Positions 11,206 through 21,479 of a stretch of DNA of 64,000 nt are shown piece after piece. The translations under genes were made by a program, and so were the position numbers. The notes beneath the pieces were generated by a model. It saw only the letters and a list, made by a program, of their open reading frames with translations, was not told the origin of the DNA and made no database searches. The stretch comes from an uncultured Verrucomicrobiae bacterium (lineage in GTDB: Bacteria > Verrucomicrobiota > Verrucomicrobiia > Chthoniobacterales > JAFAMB01). Numbering within the stretch: position 1 is the first letter of the stretch; every line of letters begins with the position of its first letter. The stretch covers positions 480,001 to 544,000 of the forward strand of contig CAVXLD010000003.1 of NCBI GenBank assembly GCA_963762565.1. Reading direction: 5' to 3'.

Positions 11206-11946
11206 ATGAAAAAGCAAGCACGCAATCACATCAACCGCAAGCTGAGTGAGTCCGACGGAGCGCCCGCCCAGCCCACCGGCGCAGTCTCGGGAGAGTTTGA
11301 CACCGACATGCTCGACTACGACGGAGGAAGGCAGGTCACGGTGTACGTTCCACCGGACCCACCCGAAGCAATCGTCTTCGCCGGTGACGGTCAGGAAATC
11401 TCGAAGTGGGGCCGGTTGCTCGAGAAGGCCAACGTACCGTCCACAATGATCGTCGGTGTACATGGGGTGACTGATCAGACGCTTCGGCTCCATGAGTACT
11501 CACCGGGCTTTGAGCCGGACCGGTTCGCGGCACATGAGAAGTTCTTCGTCGAGGACGTTCGCCGATGGACGGAGTCGCGGTTTGGCGTGGCGCTGCCCGC
11601 TGAACGTATCGCAGTGTTCGGCGTCTCGGCGGGTGGAGAGCTGGCCCTCGCTCTTGGGATTCGGCATCCACATGTCTACGGTGCGGTCTTGTGCGCCTCG
11701 CCTGGCGGCGGTTACAAGCCGCCTGGCATTATGCCGAGTCCGCTTCCGCGCACATACTTTGTCGCTGGCACACAGGAGCCGTTCTTCCTGGAGAATGCAA
11801 GGAGGTGGGCGAAGGCGCTGAGCGATGCAGATGCGGATGTCGTCATGAATGAGCGAACTGGGTCGCACGGTGGCGCATTCTGGCGAGAAGAGTTCCCGCT
11901 GATGGTGGCGTGGGCATTCGGTAATCACAACGAGGGTCGCGTCTAA
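11206..11946 (+). CDS. Alpha/beta-hydrolase (putative esterase)
   Basis: RQVTVYVPP, nucleophile elbow GVSAGG, C-terminal GSHGG; ATG at 11206 chosen as start. Confidence 0.85.
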   Translation: MKKQARNHINRKLSESDGAPAQPTGAVSGEFDTDMLDYDGGRQVTVYVPPDPPEAIVFAGDGQEISKWGRLLEKANVPSTMIVGVHGVTDQTLRLHEYSPGFEPDRFAAHEKFFVEDVRRWTESRFGVALPAERIAVFGVSAGGELALALGIRHPHVYGAVLCASPGGGYKPPGIMPSPLPRTYFVAGTQEPFFLENARRWAKALSDADADVVMNERTGSHGGAFWREEFPLMVAWAFGNHNEGRV

Positions 11947-11949
11947 ATC

Positions 11950-13562
11950 GGGGCTGTTGCCCAATAGCGCCTAATTAGTATGAGAATTTTGGGTTAGTAA
12001 TTGGAAGGTTTGGCGAAGGGTTAGCTTGGCAAGAAGGAGGTTGAAATCGGGTGAAGGAGCCGGGTGAGCCAGCGGAGCAACTGAGTAAGGCGATAGGCTA
12101 GCGCAGGGTTGGTTTGGGAGAGATGCCTGAGGAGTTTTCTCAGGTTCTGTACCGTAGCAATGAGTAAGTCTTGGATAGCTTGCTTCCAAAGTCCACGCCA
12201 ACGAGAACGCTTGAGCCCATGACGATTGGCGGCGTCGGCAAAGCTCCTTTCCATGAGATGTTGGCGGCGTTTAAGGTCGGCTTTAGCAGCCTTGGAGTTA
12301 GCAATTTTGCGAGCCTTTTCTAACCAGGCTTGATCCCGATGGCGGTGAATGGTGCGTCCGGTGCGGGAACGAGTGCACAAGGCGCGCAGCTTGCACACTA
12401 AACAGGTCCCCTTGGCGGTGACATATTCCCAGGTCAAGCGCTTGGGGTGTAAGCGCCTGGCTTTCATGATCTGCTTGGCGGGACAGAGGTAGGTATTAGT
12501 CTGTGCATCGTATCTAAAATGCTCGTCGGAATAAATGCCCTCGCTTCGTCCCTTACCTCGGATCGACTCCCCCAGCAGCTTCACATGGGCTTTAATCCCC
12601 GCTTTTTGACAGCTAATCAGGTTGCTGACGCTGCCGTAACGCGCATCAGCAATCACAGTTCGCACTGCTTGATCGGTAGTATCTTCATGAGCTTCAATGA
12701 GCCTCAACAGTTGCGAGGCTTCGTCGACCGCACCGGTGGTGGTCTCTACGGCGGTGATGATCTCATGGGCATCGTCGACTACTCGATGAGTCTTATAGCG
12801 TAAGCGGCTCTTTAGGCCGGCGTGTCGAACTAGAGTCGCATCCGGGTCGGTCGTACTGCGGAACTGGCGATTGGTTTTGGAGTATTGGCCAATGGCAGAA
12901 CCGCCGCTGCCGCTGTCCCCTGATGGCGGATCTTGGTCTTGGTCGGGTTCATCGAGCTTTTGCACTTGCTCTTTGGCAGTTTGCTCGATGGCATTGAGCG
13001 TCTCCGCAGACAGGGGCTTAACTGAACCCAGATTGGCATCGGCCTCCACTAGGCTCGCATCCACGTGGATCTTACGGCCTTCTACCAGACCAGCCTCCAC
13101 GCACTGCTGCACTACCCGGCTAAATAGCGAGACAAACACTTCTTTACCCCAGCGCTTGCGCGCCTTGCTCAACACACTGTGGTCGGGAATCTGATCGTCT
13201 AGCCCATAGCCAAGAAACCAAAGGTAATCCAGCCGTTCAGGGATGATGCGCATCAGCTCCCGCTCGCTCTTGATATCATCCAAGAATAACAACAACATCA
13301 TCCGGACAATCACTTCGGGCGGAACCGACTTGTTGCCTCTTCGCCCATAAGTGTGCGCTACCTCCTTACGCACAAAACTCAAATCTAACGCCGCCCTGAT
13401 CCGCCGCAGTGGATGATCGTCCCGCACCCGCTTATCTAAATTGACCCGATAGCTCCAGATCGGAACCTGCGAGTCTTCTTCGTCCATCATGGGAACAATA
13501 CACTATCAAATCTGTAACCAGCAAAGCAATACTATAATGGTTATTAATTGGGCAACACGCCC
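11950..13562 (-). mobile_element. IS1182-family insertion sequence, copy 1
   Basis: Terminal IRs GGGGCTGTTGCCCAAT / GGGCGTGTTGCCCAAT (14/16); flanking direct repeat TAAATC at 11944-11949 and 13563-13568. Confidence 0.9.
12021..13490 (-). CDS. IS1182-family DDE transposase (intact)
   Basis: DHPLRRI, SERELM, PDHSVLS, HVDASLVEADA, TDPDA, ADARYGS, YLCPAKQ, CLVC...C, ERSFADA. Confidence 0.92.
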   Translation of the reverse strand: MMDEEDSQVPIWSYRVNLDKRVRDDHPLRRIRAALDLSFVRKEVAHTYGRRGNKSVPPEVIVRMMLLLFLDDIKSERELMRIIPERLDYLWFLGYGLDDQIPDHSVLSKARKRWGKEVFVSLFSRVVQQCVEAGLVEGRKIHVDASLVEADANLGSVKPLSAETLNAIEQTAKEQVQKLDEPDQDQDPPSGDSGSGGSAIGQYSKTNRQFRSTTDPDATLVRHAGLKSRLRYKTHRVVDDAHEIITAVETTTGAVDEASQLLRLIEAHEDTTDQAVRTVIADARYGSVSNLISCQKAGIKAHVKLLGESIRGKGRSEGIYSDEHFRYDAQTNTYLCPAKQIMKARRLHPKRLTWEYVTAKGTCLVCKLRALCTRSRTGRTIHRHRDQAWLEKARKIANSKAAKADLKRRQHLMERSFADAANRHGLKRSRWRGLWKQAIQDLLIATVQNLRKLLRHLSQTNPALAYRLTQLLRWLTRLLHPISTSFLPS

Positions 13563-13648
13563 TAAATCTTCAACACATTAACAAGCCTTACAGCGGCCTG
13601 GCAAAGGGTCGCTGACTTCAAGTCTCACATCTTGACGGGTAATGCGGA

Positions 13649-13678
13649 CCCGCCGGATGCATATACAACGCCGTCAGC
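13649..13678 (+). repeat. att-like direct repeat of the tRNA-Arg 3' end (CCCGCCGGATGCA...ACAACGCCGTCAGC)
   Basis: 13649-13661 is identical to 11120-11132; the downstream 14-mer ACAACGCCGTCAGC is also shared. Confidence 0.8.
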
Positions 13679-13734
13679 ACCGTCAGCGCGTCAGGCGGCT
13701 GCCGGACCGGCAACGGACGCAGGCGCAAAGACTT

Positions 13735-13947
13735 CTAGTCTTCCGGAACGAGCTGGACTCCGTAGAAGGTGCTGCCACCGTTGAGCGTGGCGCTTGCCGG
13801 GATCACCCCGTTGGCGTTGATCCCTGAGGTATAAGCAACGTGGTATCCGTCCGTGGAACTGTGCAGCTTATCTAAAATGTACCAATGACCGTCCTGACAA
13901 AGGTAACCATTCGCAGTGGCGTAGTCGTTATCTTTGCCCGCAGGGCC
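13735..13947 (-). pseudogene. 3' fragment of a secreted repeat protein (HAF-repeat-like C-terminus), truncated at a REP unit
   Basis: Minus-strand frame ...GYLCQDGHWYILDKLHSSTDGYHVAYTSGINANGVIPASATLNGGSTFYGVQLVPED*; 144 bp duplicated at 27946-28089. Confidence 0.55.
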
Positions 13948-14126
13948 AAAAGGGGTCAGTCAACAATTTCTGACAGTTTGACTTCGTGTTCGTACTCGGC
14001 GAGCAAGTTGATCCGGCCGAGGTCAGGTTCTCAGCATTTCAGAATCGGCATTGTCGCCTAAAACGCCGGCGCCCCGATCAGTTAATCGGGATCCGACGGA
14101 TTCTGTCAGAATTTGTTGACTGACCC
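13948..14126 (+). mobile_element. RAYT-associated REP/MITE unit (~180 bp)
   Basis: Left arm AAAAGGGGTCAGTCAACAATTTCTGACA, right arm TGTCAGAATTTGTTGACTGACCC; internal sequence shared with units at 15693 and 26428. Confidence 0.85.
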
Positions 14127-14785
14127 ATTGGTCAACCAGGTGTCGGTTGTCATCGTCTTCTCCAAAGCTGGAACAATCTCAGCAACGGTTCACACTAACC
14201 TTCTTCGTGGATCAAAGCCGTCTGCCTTTGAGCGAGCGGATTTCAGTGCTGGCGGCGGCACTTCTATCATGGCACCGCAAATCAGATGGACCGTCTTGTT
14301 AGTAGGTAACGCTGTCGGGAGGCGTGCGGCAGCTAGGTTTTCACGATGACAGCGCTCTGGCCGGTGGCTCTAGGAACGACCGCAGGCTACGGCACGATAG
14401 GCGGGACCTCGACAAAAAGAAAATCCCTAGCGACTTTGTGGGGCCAGGGAGGGGGTTTCTGTAGCGGCTGACCGACTACAAATTCCACGCACCACCTATC
14501 TCGTCAGGCTCTTACTGACAAATGTACCGGACGGGCCATAGTGATTTGCCCACCCTCAATTAAGATAGCACGAACGGGTCTATAACTGTTTCGAACTCTC
14601 CGCATTCATTTAATCGAGCAACACAATCGAAATTGCCTGAACAGAAATCCTTTAAAGCATCGACGGCTAATTCTCGAAATGGGCCACAGTATTTTTTCAC
14701 GAAAGAGTCGGATATGTCCCAAAACAGTACGACTCGTTCGTCAATGTGTTCTTTATAGTAAATTCGCGCATCATCACCTGAATAG

Positions 14786-15394
14786 GTGTTCGATGTGCCT
14801 TGGCGTGATGGTGTCGACATCACCAGCCAGACCATCTTGGAGCGGCGAGCATTGTTAGAACGCATCATAAGGCCGGGGCCTGGAATCCAGCTTGGCACTT
14901 ATGTCCAGAATGAAGGAAAAGCGCTGTTTCAACTGGTTAAAGAGAAGGGGATGGAAGGTATAATTGCCAAACGAAAAGAAAGCATTTACCGCCCAGGGAA
15001 GCGAAGCCCCGATTGGCTTAAGATCAAAGCTCGGTTACAACAGGAATTCGTTGTCGGTGGATTTACAGCACCCAAAGGCAGCCGAAAGCATCTAGGCGCG
15101 GTCGTTATCGGCGCTTACACTGGAGGAAAGCTCCGGCATTATGGCTATGCTGGCTCCGGCTTCAGCGAAAAGGGATTGAAGGAAGCCGTTGAGCGAATGA
15201 ACCCCTACTTCACTGATAAGTCTCCATTCGTAAATCCTCCAAACATCAAAGAGAAAATCCAATGGGTGCAGCCCAAGCTTGTTTGTGAAATTGAGTACGC
15301 AGAATTGACGGATGATGAGCAGTTGCGACAGACAACGTTCTTGGGCTGGCGGGACGATAAGAAGCCTAAAGAGGTAGTGCTGGAACGCCCGTAA
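14786..15394 (+). pseudogene. ATP-dependent DNA ligase (LigD/LigC-type), N-terminally truncated
   Basis: Starts at motif IIIa (FD); has EGIIAKR...YRPGKRS..WLKIK and the OB fold; lacks the KxDG adenylation motif. Confidence 0.85.
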
Positions 15395-15546
15395 TCGCTT
15401 TTAGTGCTGAGTGACAGCGCCAGCCGAAGTCTGCCTCCTTACCGAATACCGACCGTGCGGCCGTTGCCAGCTTCCCCAGGCCTGTCACGCCACTCGCATC
15501 ACAGACCCAGTGAGCAGATTACGATCATGTTCGCGGCTCCCTACAG

Positions 15547-15684
15547 TTAATCGCTTAAACGAATGCCTGCTTCCTGAACTTCTTGGTATGGCAATAGCCA
15601 CATTAGGGACTCGTCGTGAAGGTCGACCACATCAATCCGATTATTGAACGAGTCGCGAAAAGCGCACCGAAATCCGGGAATTAG
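15547..15684 (-). pseudogene. Duplicated 3' fragment of the VOC gene at 25960-26370
   Basis: 138 bp nearly identical to 25960-26097; ends immediately before a REP unit. Confidence 0.85.
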
Positions 15685-15692
15685 AGTGAGAC

Positions 15693-15802
15693 AAAAGGGG
15701 GCAGTCAACAATTTCTGACAGTTTGACTTCGTGTTCGTACTCAGCGAGCAAGTTGATCCGGCCGAGGTCGGGTTCTGTCAGAAATTGTTGACTGACCCCT
15801 TT
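15693..15802 (+). mobile_element. RAYT-associated REP/MITE unit (110 bp, internally shortened)
   Basis: GTGAGAC + AAAAGGGGGCAGTCAACAATTTCTGACA ... TGTCAGAAATTGTTGACTGACCCCTTT + CGCTTTCTGCA. Confidence 0.88.
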
Positions 15803-16756
15803 CGCTTTCTGCAGTTTCTGCGTATTGAAACGTTTGACGATTACCAGGCGGGGAATGGTGTTGTGCAGGTTCTGTTTCGGAATGCTGACGAGGAAAATCC
15901 TTATATCGTGACGATCAACACCACAAGAGGAACGCAAACGAGCGTTGCCTCACGTATCCAAGGCGAGCTTTCCGAAGGGAGTAATGATTCGATTTTGATC
16001 AAGCCAAATATGATGCCTATGTGACCGGTAGTATCTTCTAGCTGCCGTCTTTCTTGATCAATTTCCCGGCGACGTAACCGAACGCTAGCACCGGATACAA
16101 CTGCGCTCTTAAACGATTCTAGAGCGTTGGTGAGCTCGTCTAGGGGAACGTGTGAAAACGAGTGACGACTTCGCCCACTTACAGCACCAGCCTTGGCTTC
16201 GGATCAAAAGCGAAGGCATTTGCGTACCTATCGACTGATGCCAACCACACTTTCCTGCGCTCCCCGGCCCATTGCAGGTTGTTGGCTATCTGAATTGCCA
16301 AACCTAAGATATCGACCGCTGGCCTACCGCTAGTGCCGATACTGTAGGGTAAGGCTTTGAATTCTCCGCTCGTCACTCCACTAGAATAGCCCAAGCCTCG
16401 ATCTTTAGCTAAGGACTTTGCGATTTGAATGTTCGCTCACGGAATTAAAAATCAAAGGGTACTGAACTAGCTGGTCCAGCATCTCTTTGGAGACTTCTAA
16501 AAATCGAGGCTCTCAAATACCTTTCTCCGTAGCTCTTCGTTGAGCCGATCCAGGTCGTCACGCTGGCCTTCAAAGATTAGCTGCATCAACGTCTTAGGTT
16601 CTGCCGTTACCGGCAGCCGATGTCTTCAAGTTCGACGTGAACCAGAGTGATTTCACGCAAGGGTTTGTCGCGTGCGTCTGTGATCGTGCTGGCCAAGTGG
16701 ATTAAAAACCCAATCTGGAATTCAGCGCCTAATCGACGACCGGCTGCGATCTTTGG

Positions 16757-17284
16757 GTGATGCGTGCCGGGTTTTCCCTTTATCGTTACGTAATACCTGT
16801 AATTGCCGTCTGTTTTGCCGTCATTAGCACGCTATGGCTAGGGCCAGCGCTAAAGTATAGTTCCGCTATCTTCTTTTGCTCCGTGATGTTGAGCAGCTGG
16901 TATGGTGGGCTTTTGCCTGGTCTTTTTGCCGCCGTGCTATCATGGCTCGCTCTGGATTATTATTTCATCCCACCGATTGGTTCCCTTGCCATGAAGCCGG
17001 AGGAAGTGCCTACGATGATCATCTTTGGCGCTGCGGCTTGTTTCATCAGTTGGCTAAATAGCGGTGCCAGGAGGGTGAGAGAGCCGCTTCGACAGGACCG
17101 AGAAATTGAATCCGGCCTGCTGGGTATTGTGGTAAAATTCACCCTAGCTGTCTTACTATCAGTGGCATCCTGCGCCGCAGCCGTCACGACATCGATTCGA
17201 TCCGACTTCTGGCTGACTATTAGTTTCGCCAGCTGTTGCTCAGCCGTCTTTTTAATCATTTTGGCATCCCGAGATTTGCTCTAG
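16757..17284 (+). CDS. Membrane protein with a DUF4118/KdpD-type transmembrane sensor domain, no kinase
   Basis: VMLSSWYGGLLPGLFAAVLSWLALDYYFIPP pattern. Confidence 0.7.
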   Translation: MMRAGFSLYRYVIPVIAVCFAVISTLWLGPALKYSSAIFFCSVMLSSWYGGLLPGLFAAVLSWLALDYYFIPPIGSLAMKPEEVPTMIIFGAAACFISWLNSGARRVREPLRQDREIESGLLGIVVKFTLAVLLSVASCAAAVTTSIRSDFWLTISFASCCSAVFLIILASRDLL

Positions 17285-17695
17285 CTGTTTCTTGATGAGG
17301 CTGCGGTCTCGATCAATCAAGCCAGTCCCCCCGGATTTTCGCTTTAGGAAATCATTGATGTTAGCCACGCTCTCCTTCCGGCCAAAGCGCTGTGGTGTCA
17401 TGAGCAGAAACGCAACATCCTGAAACGATGTTTGCAGCCCAGAGTGCTCGAAAGGTCGGGTTGCGTAATGCAAACCAAGTTGACGTTCTAATCATAGAAA
17501 CAGCTCAGACGCTTTTAAAGTCAATCCCTTTACCTCAGTCATGAGAGGGCGTTTGAAAAGTCTTAAGCTGGGCAGGCTTTTTTGGGGTCAGATCATTCCT
17601 TACCGAGATCCAGAATTAGAGTGCTATGGCGATGCTAGCTTTGGTTTTGGGGCAAGGTCAACTTGAGCCTATGAGTACATTGGAGGCGCAACGGT

Positions 17696-17826
17696 ATGAG
17701 TGGACGGTTCCCTGTCGTCTTTCTGGTCGATGTGGACAATACCTTGCTCGATAACGACCACATTCAAAACAACCTTTGGGAGCATCTCGAACGCGAGTTC
17801 GGCGCAGCTTGTCGGGACCGTTACTG
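17696..17826 (+). pseudogene. HAD-superfamily hydrolase, N-terminal fragment
   Basis: Motif I VVFLVDVDNTLLDND; similarity apparently lost after ~44 codons. Confidence 0.65.
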
Positions 17827-18507
17827 CGTCAACAGCATCAAACTAGCGCATAGTGAGCCATCCCCAGCTCATTCATCGCGAATTCTTAGTCGACCCGTGG
17901 CACTTCAAGCCTGCCTTTCGTACTCTGAAAACCGGGAACGGCGACGACAGGCAACCCGAAGATGTTGTCCATCGTTGGATTCGATACACGATGGGGCTTG
18001 GCCAATTGTAGTGCCTTGGTGCCTAAAATAGCGTCCCTCCGCCATCGGGCTCTAGAGTCAGCGCTATCTTAGTGTGCCCAAATCATCGCGCTTGCATGCA
18101 TCGCAAACATGTCGGCAAACTTCTTGGCGTGCGCGTCATCGGTAATGCCGTGGTTCTTGGCAGCCAGAAGTTACTGCTGGCGGCAGCACCGAACCGTTTC
18201 GGCGTACCACGGACAACGCGGATAGCTCCAAAGCAGGAACTAGGGCGATAAATTCACGGTTACACCGCAACAGATGCTTGACCACTTAGTGCGCGATCGC
18301 CAGCGAACCGAGGAAAAGCTAGCTATTCAGCGGCAAATAAACACTGAGAGAAAGCGAGCGCTTAAAGCGCGGATTGAACTGGCTGCGGCTAAGAAAGAAA
18401 GTTTGTTCTCAACCAAGTTTTCGTCTCGCCGGCCAGCCTCTGCTCGCAACTTTCTGGCCGTTACCGCGTCGACGCGAAATCGCGATGGTTTTCTCGCGCT
18501 TGCCAGG

Positions 18508-18771
18508 TTAAGGCGGGTAATGCTCTGCATCGTACCCTTCCGCGTAGCGCATCGCCTGTATGATAGGGTCGGCCTCTTCGGTTGGATCGAAAAACTTGTG
18601 CTTCGGATGATCGTCAGGAAAAATGTCTAATACCACTCCACCGCCTGCTATGAGAGTGATCTGGTATTTTGGCGTGTTCCCGGCTTGTCGATACGAACAG
18701 AGCCGTTCGCCATCCCTGTCGCCCTGATACCAAAATGCGTCGTTGACAACAATTTGAAGGTGTTTTGCCAT
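18508..18771 (-). CDS. Small hypothetical protein
   Basis: MAKHLQIVV... preceded by a GGGGG SD-like sequence; protein-like composition. Confidence 0.5.
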   Translation of the reverse strand: MAKHLQIVVNDAFWYQGDRDGERLCSYRQAGNTPKYQITLIAGGGVVLDIFPDDHPKHKFFDPTEEADPIIQAMRYAEGYDAEHYPP

Positions 18772-19228
18772 AATGCCCCCAAGAGAATCGGCGTCAGTGA
18801 TGGTTAAAGTCGCTGACGCTTTAGCGTGCAAAATACTGGCACAGAAGAGGGAGCGCAACGGAGGAGGTGAGTTGTTCCATACTACTTCCGCTAGCCATAA
18901 TTACAATAGCTTCGTAACCTCCTAGTTTCGTGCACCTTTTTTTGCTTGCAGAGGCAATTCGAGGGAGAAAAACAAGTAAACTAGCACCATACATTATTTT
19001 TGTTATGAGTTTTCTGCCTTGCAATTCTGGAGTTTATCAGAATTATAGGCAAGCCAAATCACTCGGTCAGCGCGCTCGTTCTTCCGGCACAAGAAAAAGG
19101 AAGAAAAAGAAAGCAAAGGGAATAATAAACGATAAAAAACAAGCAAAATAAAGAAACGTTATCTTATTGTGTTGTTACTTCTCGTGCAATCGCCCTTAAG
19201 TTAACGAACACGGAGCGGAGTGAACGTG

Positions 19229-19259
19229 AAAGGGGTCAGTCAAATTGACTGACCCCTTT
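19229..19259 (+). repeat. Minimal REP palindrome AAAGGGGTCAGTCAA-A-TTGACTGACCCCTTT
   Basis: Perfect 15-bp arms. Confidence 0.92.
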
Positions 19260-19369
19260 CGCAGTCAATACGCCGAGTGACGTACAGGTGGAACGTTGAG
19301 CGAGGCAGGAGAAATCTCGACACGTCCATTCTAGTTATGATAAACAGGCTGGCTCGGTCGCCATCCAGA

Positions 19370-20038
19370 ATGAGATTCTATCAATATATCTCGGATTCCA
19401 AGGTTGACATGTTGCTGCCGCAGATCCCGCTGAAGGCGAAACAAAAGATCACCGCTGAAATCGGTTTTGATATCAAGATTTTGACGGCAAAACTAAAGAC
19501 TGAACGCGATAGCCTGGATGATCGGGTTAGCCGCCTTCTCGTGGTAGAGCGATATTTGAGAGAGAGCCAACGAATAGGCTCATTGATTGAGCCGGCTCCC
19601 TGGGTTTCTGGTGCCGAAGAGGTGTCTGTTACAATGCCCGCTCCTGGTGCGGTTGTGTTCGTCGGCGACAAAGGAGATGCCTATTTTCTGCTAACTGGCT
19701 CCGCCGACCATCTCATTGGTTCTAAACCGGACCGTGACTTCGGAGGTTCTTCGTTCTCAATGTTGGCTATGATTCTTCATCACGTTATGTTGGATTGGCA
19801 CGACTTTATTGTCCACGATATCGAGGGAAAGGAAGAGAAGAAACCCCTGATTGAAACTTCGTCTCGGACAGAACGGGAGATTCTTGAGCGTGTCGCTGAA
19901 CGCTTTCCCATAGGAAATGTTCGAACGCGAGTAGAGTTTCTGGTGCGAAGACTATTGGTGGGAACGATTGACGGTAAGGAAGTGTTTGTAGGAACTCCAC
20001 TCTACGTCGCCCAGACGGACGACGACTACGTACACTGA
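19370..20038 (+). CDS. Hypothetical protein resembling the DUF7019/SAVMC3_10250-like family
   Basis: N-terminal MRFYQYISDSKVDMLLPQI, internal LTGSADHLIG, C-terminal VEFLVRRL...GTPLYVA; family recalled, not searched. Confidence 0.65.
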   Translation: MRFYQYISDSKVDMLLPQIPLKAKQKITAEIGFDIKILTAKLKTERDSLDDRVSRLLVVERYLRESQRIGSLIEPAPWVSGAEEVSVTMPAPGAVVFVGDKGDAYFLLTGSADHLIGSKPDRDFGGSSFSMLAMILHHVMLDWHDFIVHDIEGKEEKKPLIETSSRTEREILERVAERFPIGNVRTRVEFLVRRLLVGTIDGKEVFVGTPLYVAQTDDDYVH

Positions 20039-20090
20039 ACTTCGTCGGCGCGCCGAATCGGTCAAACATAACCGGTTAGCGGAGGAGAAC

Positions 20091-20122
20091 AAAAGGGGTC
20101 AGTCAATTTGACTGACCCCTTT
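20091..20122 (+). repeat. Minimal REP palindrome followed by CGCTTTCTGCA
   Basis: AAAAGGGGTCAGTCAA-T-TTGACTGACCCCTTT. Confidence 0.92.
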
Positions 20123-20135
20123 CGCTTTCTGCACC

Positions 20136-20456
20136 CTACGGCTTTTCGATCATGTAGTAAGACTTAAGGCGGCCATCTACGAACTCAAAACGATAGAATT
20201 GTTTGCTAAGATTCAAAGATCGTAGCATGCCGCTGTACATCGCGGCCCGAACTTGATCAGTTGCCAAATCGTAGATCAAAATCTCAGCGCCATCGTGAAG
20301 TTCCCTGCCATAGGGTTCGCCAAGAATGCTTATAACTTCGTCCTCGCTCATTCCGGCATGCACCGTCCCCAGGCTTGTGACAGGTGTCGCGCACCCTGTC
20401 AGGATCACCAGAGCAAAAGGCAACGCCAAGAACGGTAAGCGCAAGAGCGTTTTCAT
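20136..20456 (-). CDS. Lipoprotein, SmpA/BamE-like
   Basis: Signal peptide with lipobox LTGC, then GMSEDEVISILGEP and F.F.DGRLKSY; ATG at 20456 chosen as start. Confidence 0.72.
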   Translation of the reverse strand: MKTLLRLPFLALPFALVILTGCATPVTSLGTVHAGMSEDEVISILGEPYGRELHDGAEILIYDLATDQVRAAMYSGMLRSLNLSKQFYRFEFVDGRLKSYYMIEKP

Positions 20457-20545
20457 ACGATCCTGACATCGTACCAAGTTCGAAGCCTGCTTGTCGCGCT
20501 CTTCCTTTCCCAACGTTAAGTGCTTGGCTGCAGCAAAAGTGAGAC

Positions 20546-20574
20546 AAAAGGGGTCAGTCAAATTGACTGACCCC
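20546..20574 (+). repeat. Minimal REP palindrome with GTGAGAC left flank and CGCTTTCTG right flank
   Basis: AAAAGGGGTCAGTCAA-A-TTGACTGACCCC. Confidence 0.9.
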
Positions 20575-20783
20575 ATTCGCTTTCTGTTTTGCAAAACGGA
20601 CAACGCCGCGGCTTGGCAATCCCTCGCCGACTAACCATTTGCCATACGCAGAAACTGTTACAACTGTTCGCAATACATATTGGAGACCGTGCCCTGTTAG
20701 CGAAATACTTCCCAAGGATTAGTAGGGCGGATGCGAGCATCTCAGCGCTCGCCGGACTTCTAGACCTTGGCCGGCGAGCGTCT

Positions 20784-21017
20784 TTATTTTGAGGAGGCAA
20801 AAGCCCACTCCTCAGACCTCCAACAACGCCGCGCACGCTTGATGCGATCCGGTCGCGCCGGCCGGCTGGCATGCGAAAGCCACGCATAGAGCGTCTGGGC
20901 TCTTACGCCAAGCCTGCGAGCCAGTTCGGTCGTCGTGTTGTAGTCGAGGCGAAGAAAATCACAGAGACGCCCGACAACCGCGTCTCGTTCGTCCTTCGTG
21001 TTCCGTTTCCGCGGCAC
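20784..21017 (-). CDS. Small helix-turn-helix (XRE/Cro-like) protein, possibly degenerate
   Basis: TTTELARRLGVRAQTLYAWL..SRP. Confidence 0.55.
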   Translation of the reverse strand: MPRKRNTKDERDAVVGRLCDFLRLDYNTTTELARRLGVRAQTLYAWLSHASRPARPDRIKRARRCWRSEEWAFASSK

Positions 21018-21062
21018 GATTCGGGCGAATTCTTGGATAACTTGGAACGAAAATCAAGAAAT

Positions 21063-21107
21063 GACCGGCGGAAAGGTTCCTGCTCACCTTATCCGCCGGT
21101 CTTTTTT
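21063..21107 (+). terminator. Rho-independent terminator-like hairpin
   Basis: GACCGGCGGAAAGG ... CCTTATCCGCCGGTC followed by T6. Confidence 0.55.
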
Positions 21108-21479
21108 GGGTGGATAGGGCTTCTGCGACCTACCTATGGCTCCGTTCATTAGAGCCTGCAATTACACCTCGGTACTAACGGACTAGTGCTTTGGGGCTAG
21201 GAGAGGGTGTTCCGCGCCTACAAAATCGGCGTCCTGCATTTAGCGCTCATACCGCCGCGCGGCGGCCTCGTCCGACCCCAACCAAACGCCAATCCTTTAA
21301 CCTTTGCGCCGGAGAAAGACCGGTTGCTGAAGGTTGCGGAGGCCGTGGCCTACTGCCATGTGTCGCGCACGTGGATCGACGCCGCGCTGACAACCAAACG
21401 AGCTCCGACACGTCAAGCTTGGGCCGAATACGCGCCGGATCCCGGTACAGGCGGAATAAGCCCAAAACTTGCATCCGAC

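Noticed and set aside
14786..15394. Functional NHEJ ligase
   Set aside because: The catalytic KxDG motif is missing, and no Ku or polymerase domain is nearby.
16030..16620. Possible decayed minus-strand gene
   Set aside because: Protein-like stretches are interrupted by stops and no family could be recognised.
17581..17595. GGGGTCAG as another RAYT REP site
   Set aside because: Only 8 nt match, with no partner arm or conserved flanks.
19229..20574. REP palindromes as CRISPR repeats or classical integron attC sites
   Set aside because: Spacing is 0.4-3.5 kb and irregular. There is no RYYYAAC...GTTRRRY architecture and no IntI. The isolated CCAACGTTAAGT near 20510 is insufficient evidence.
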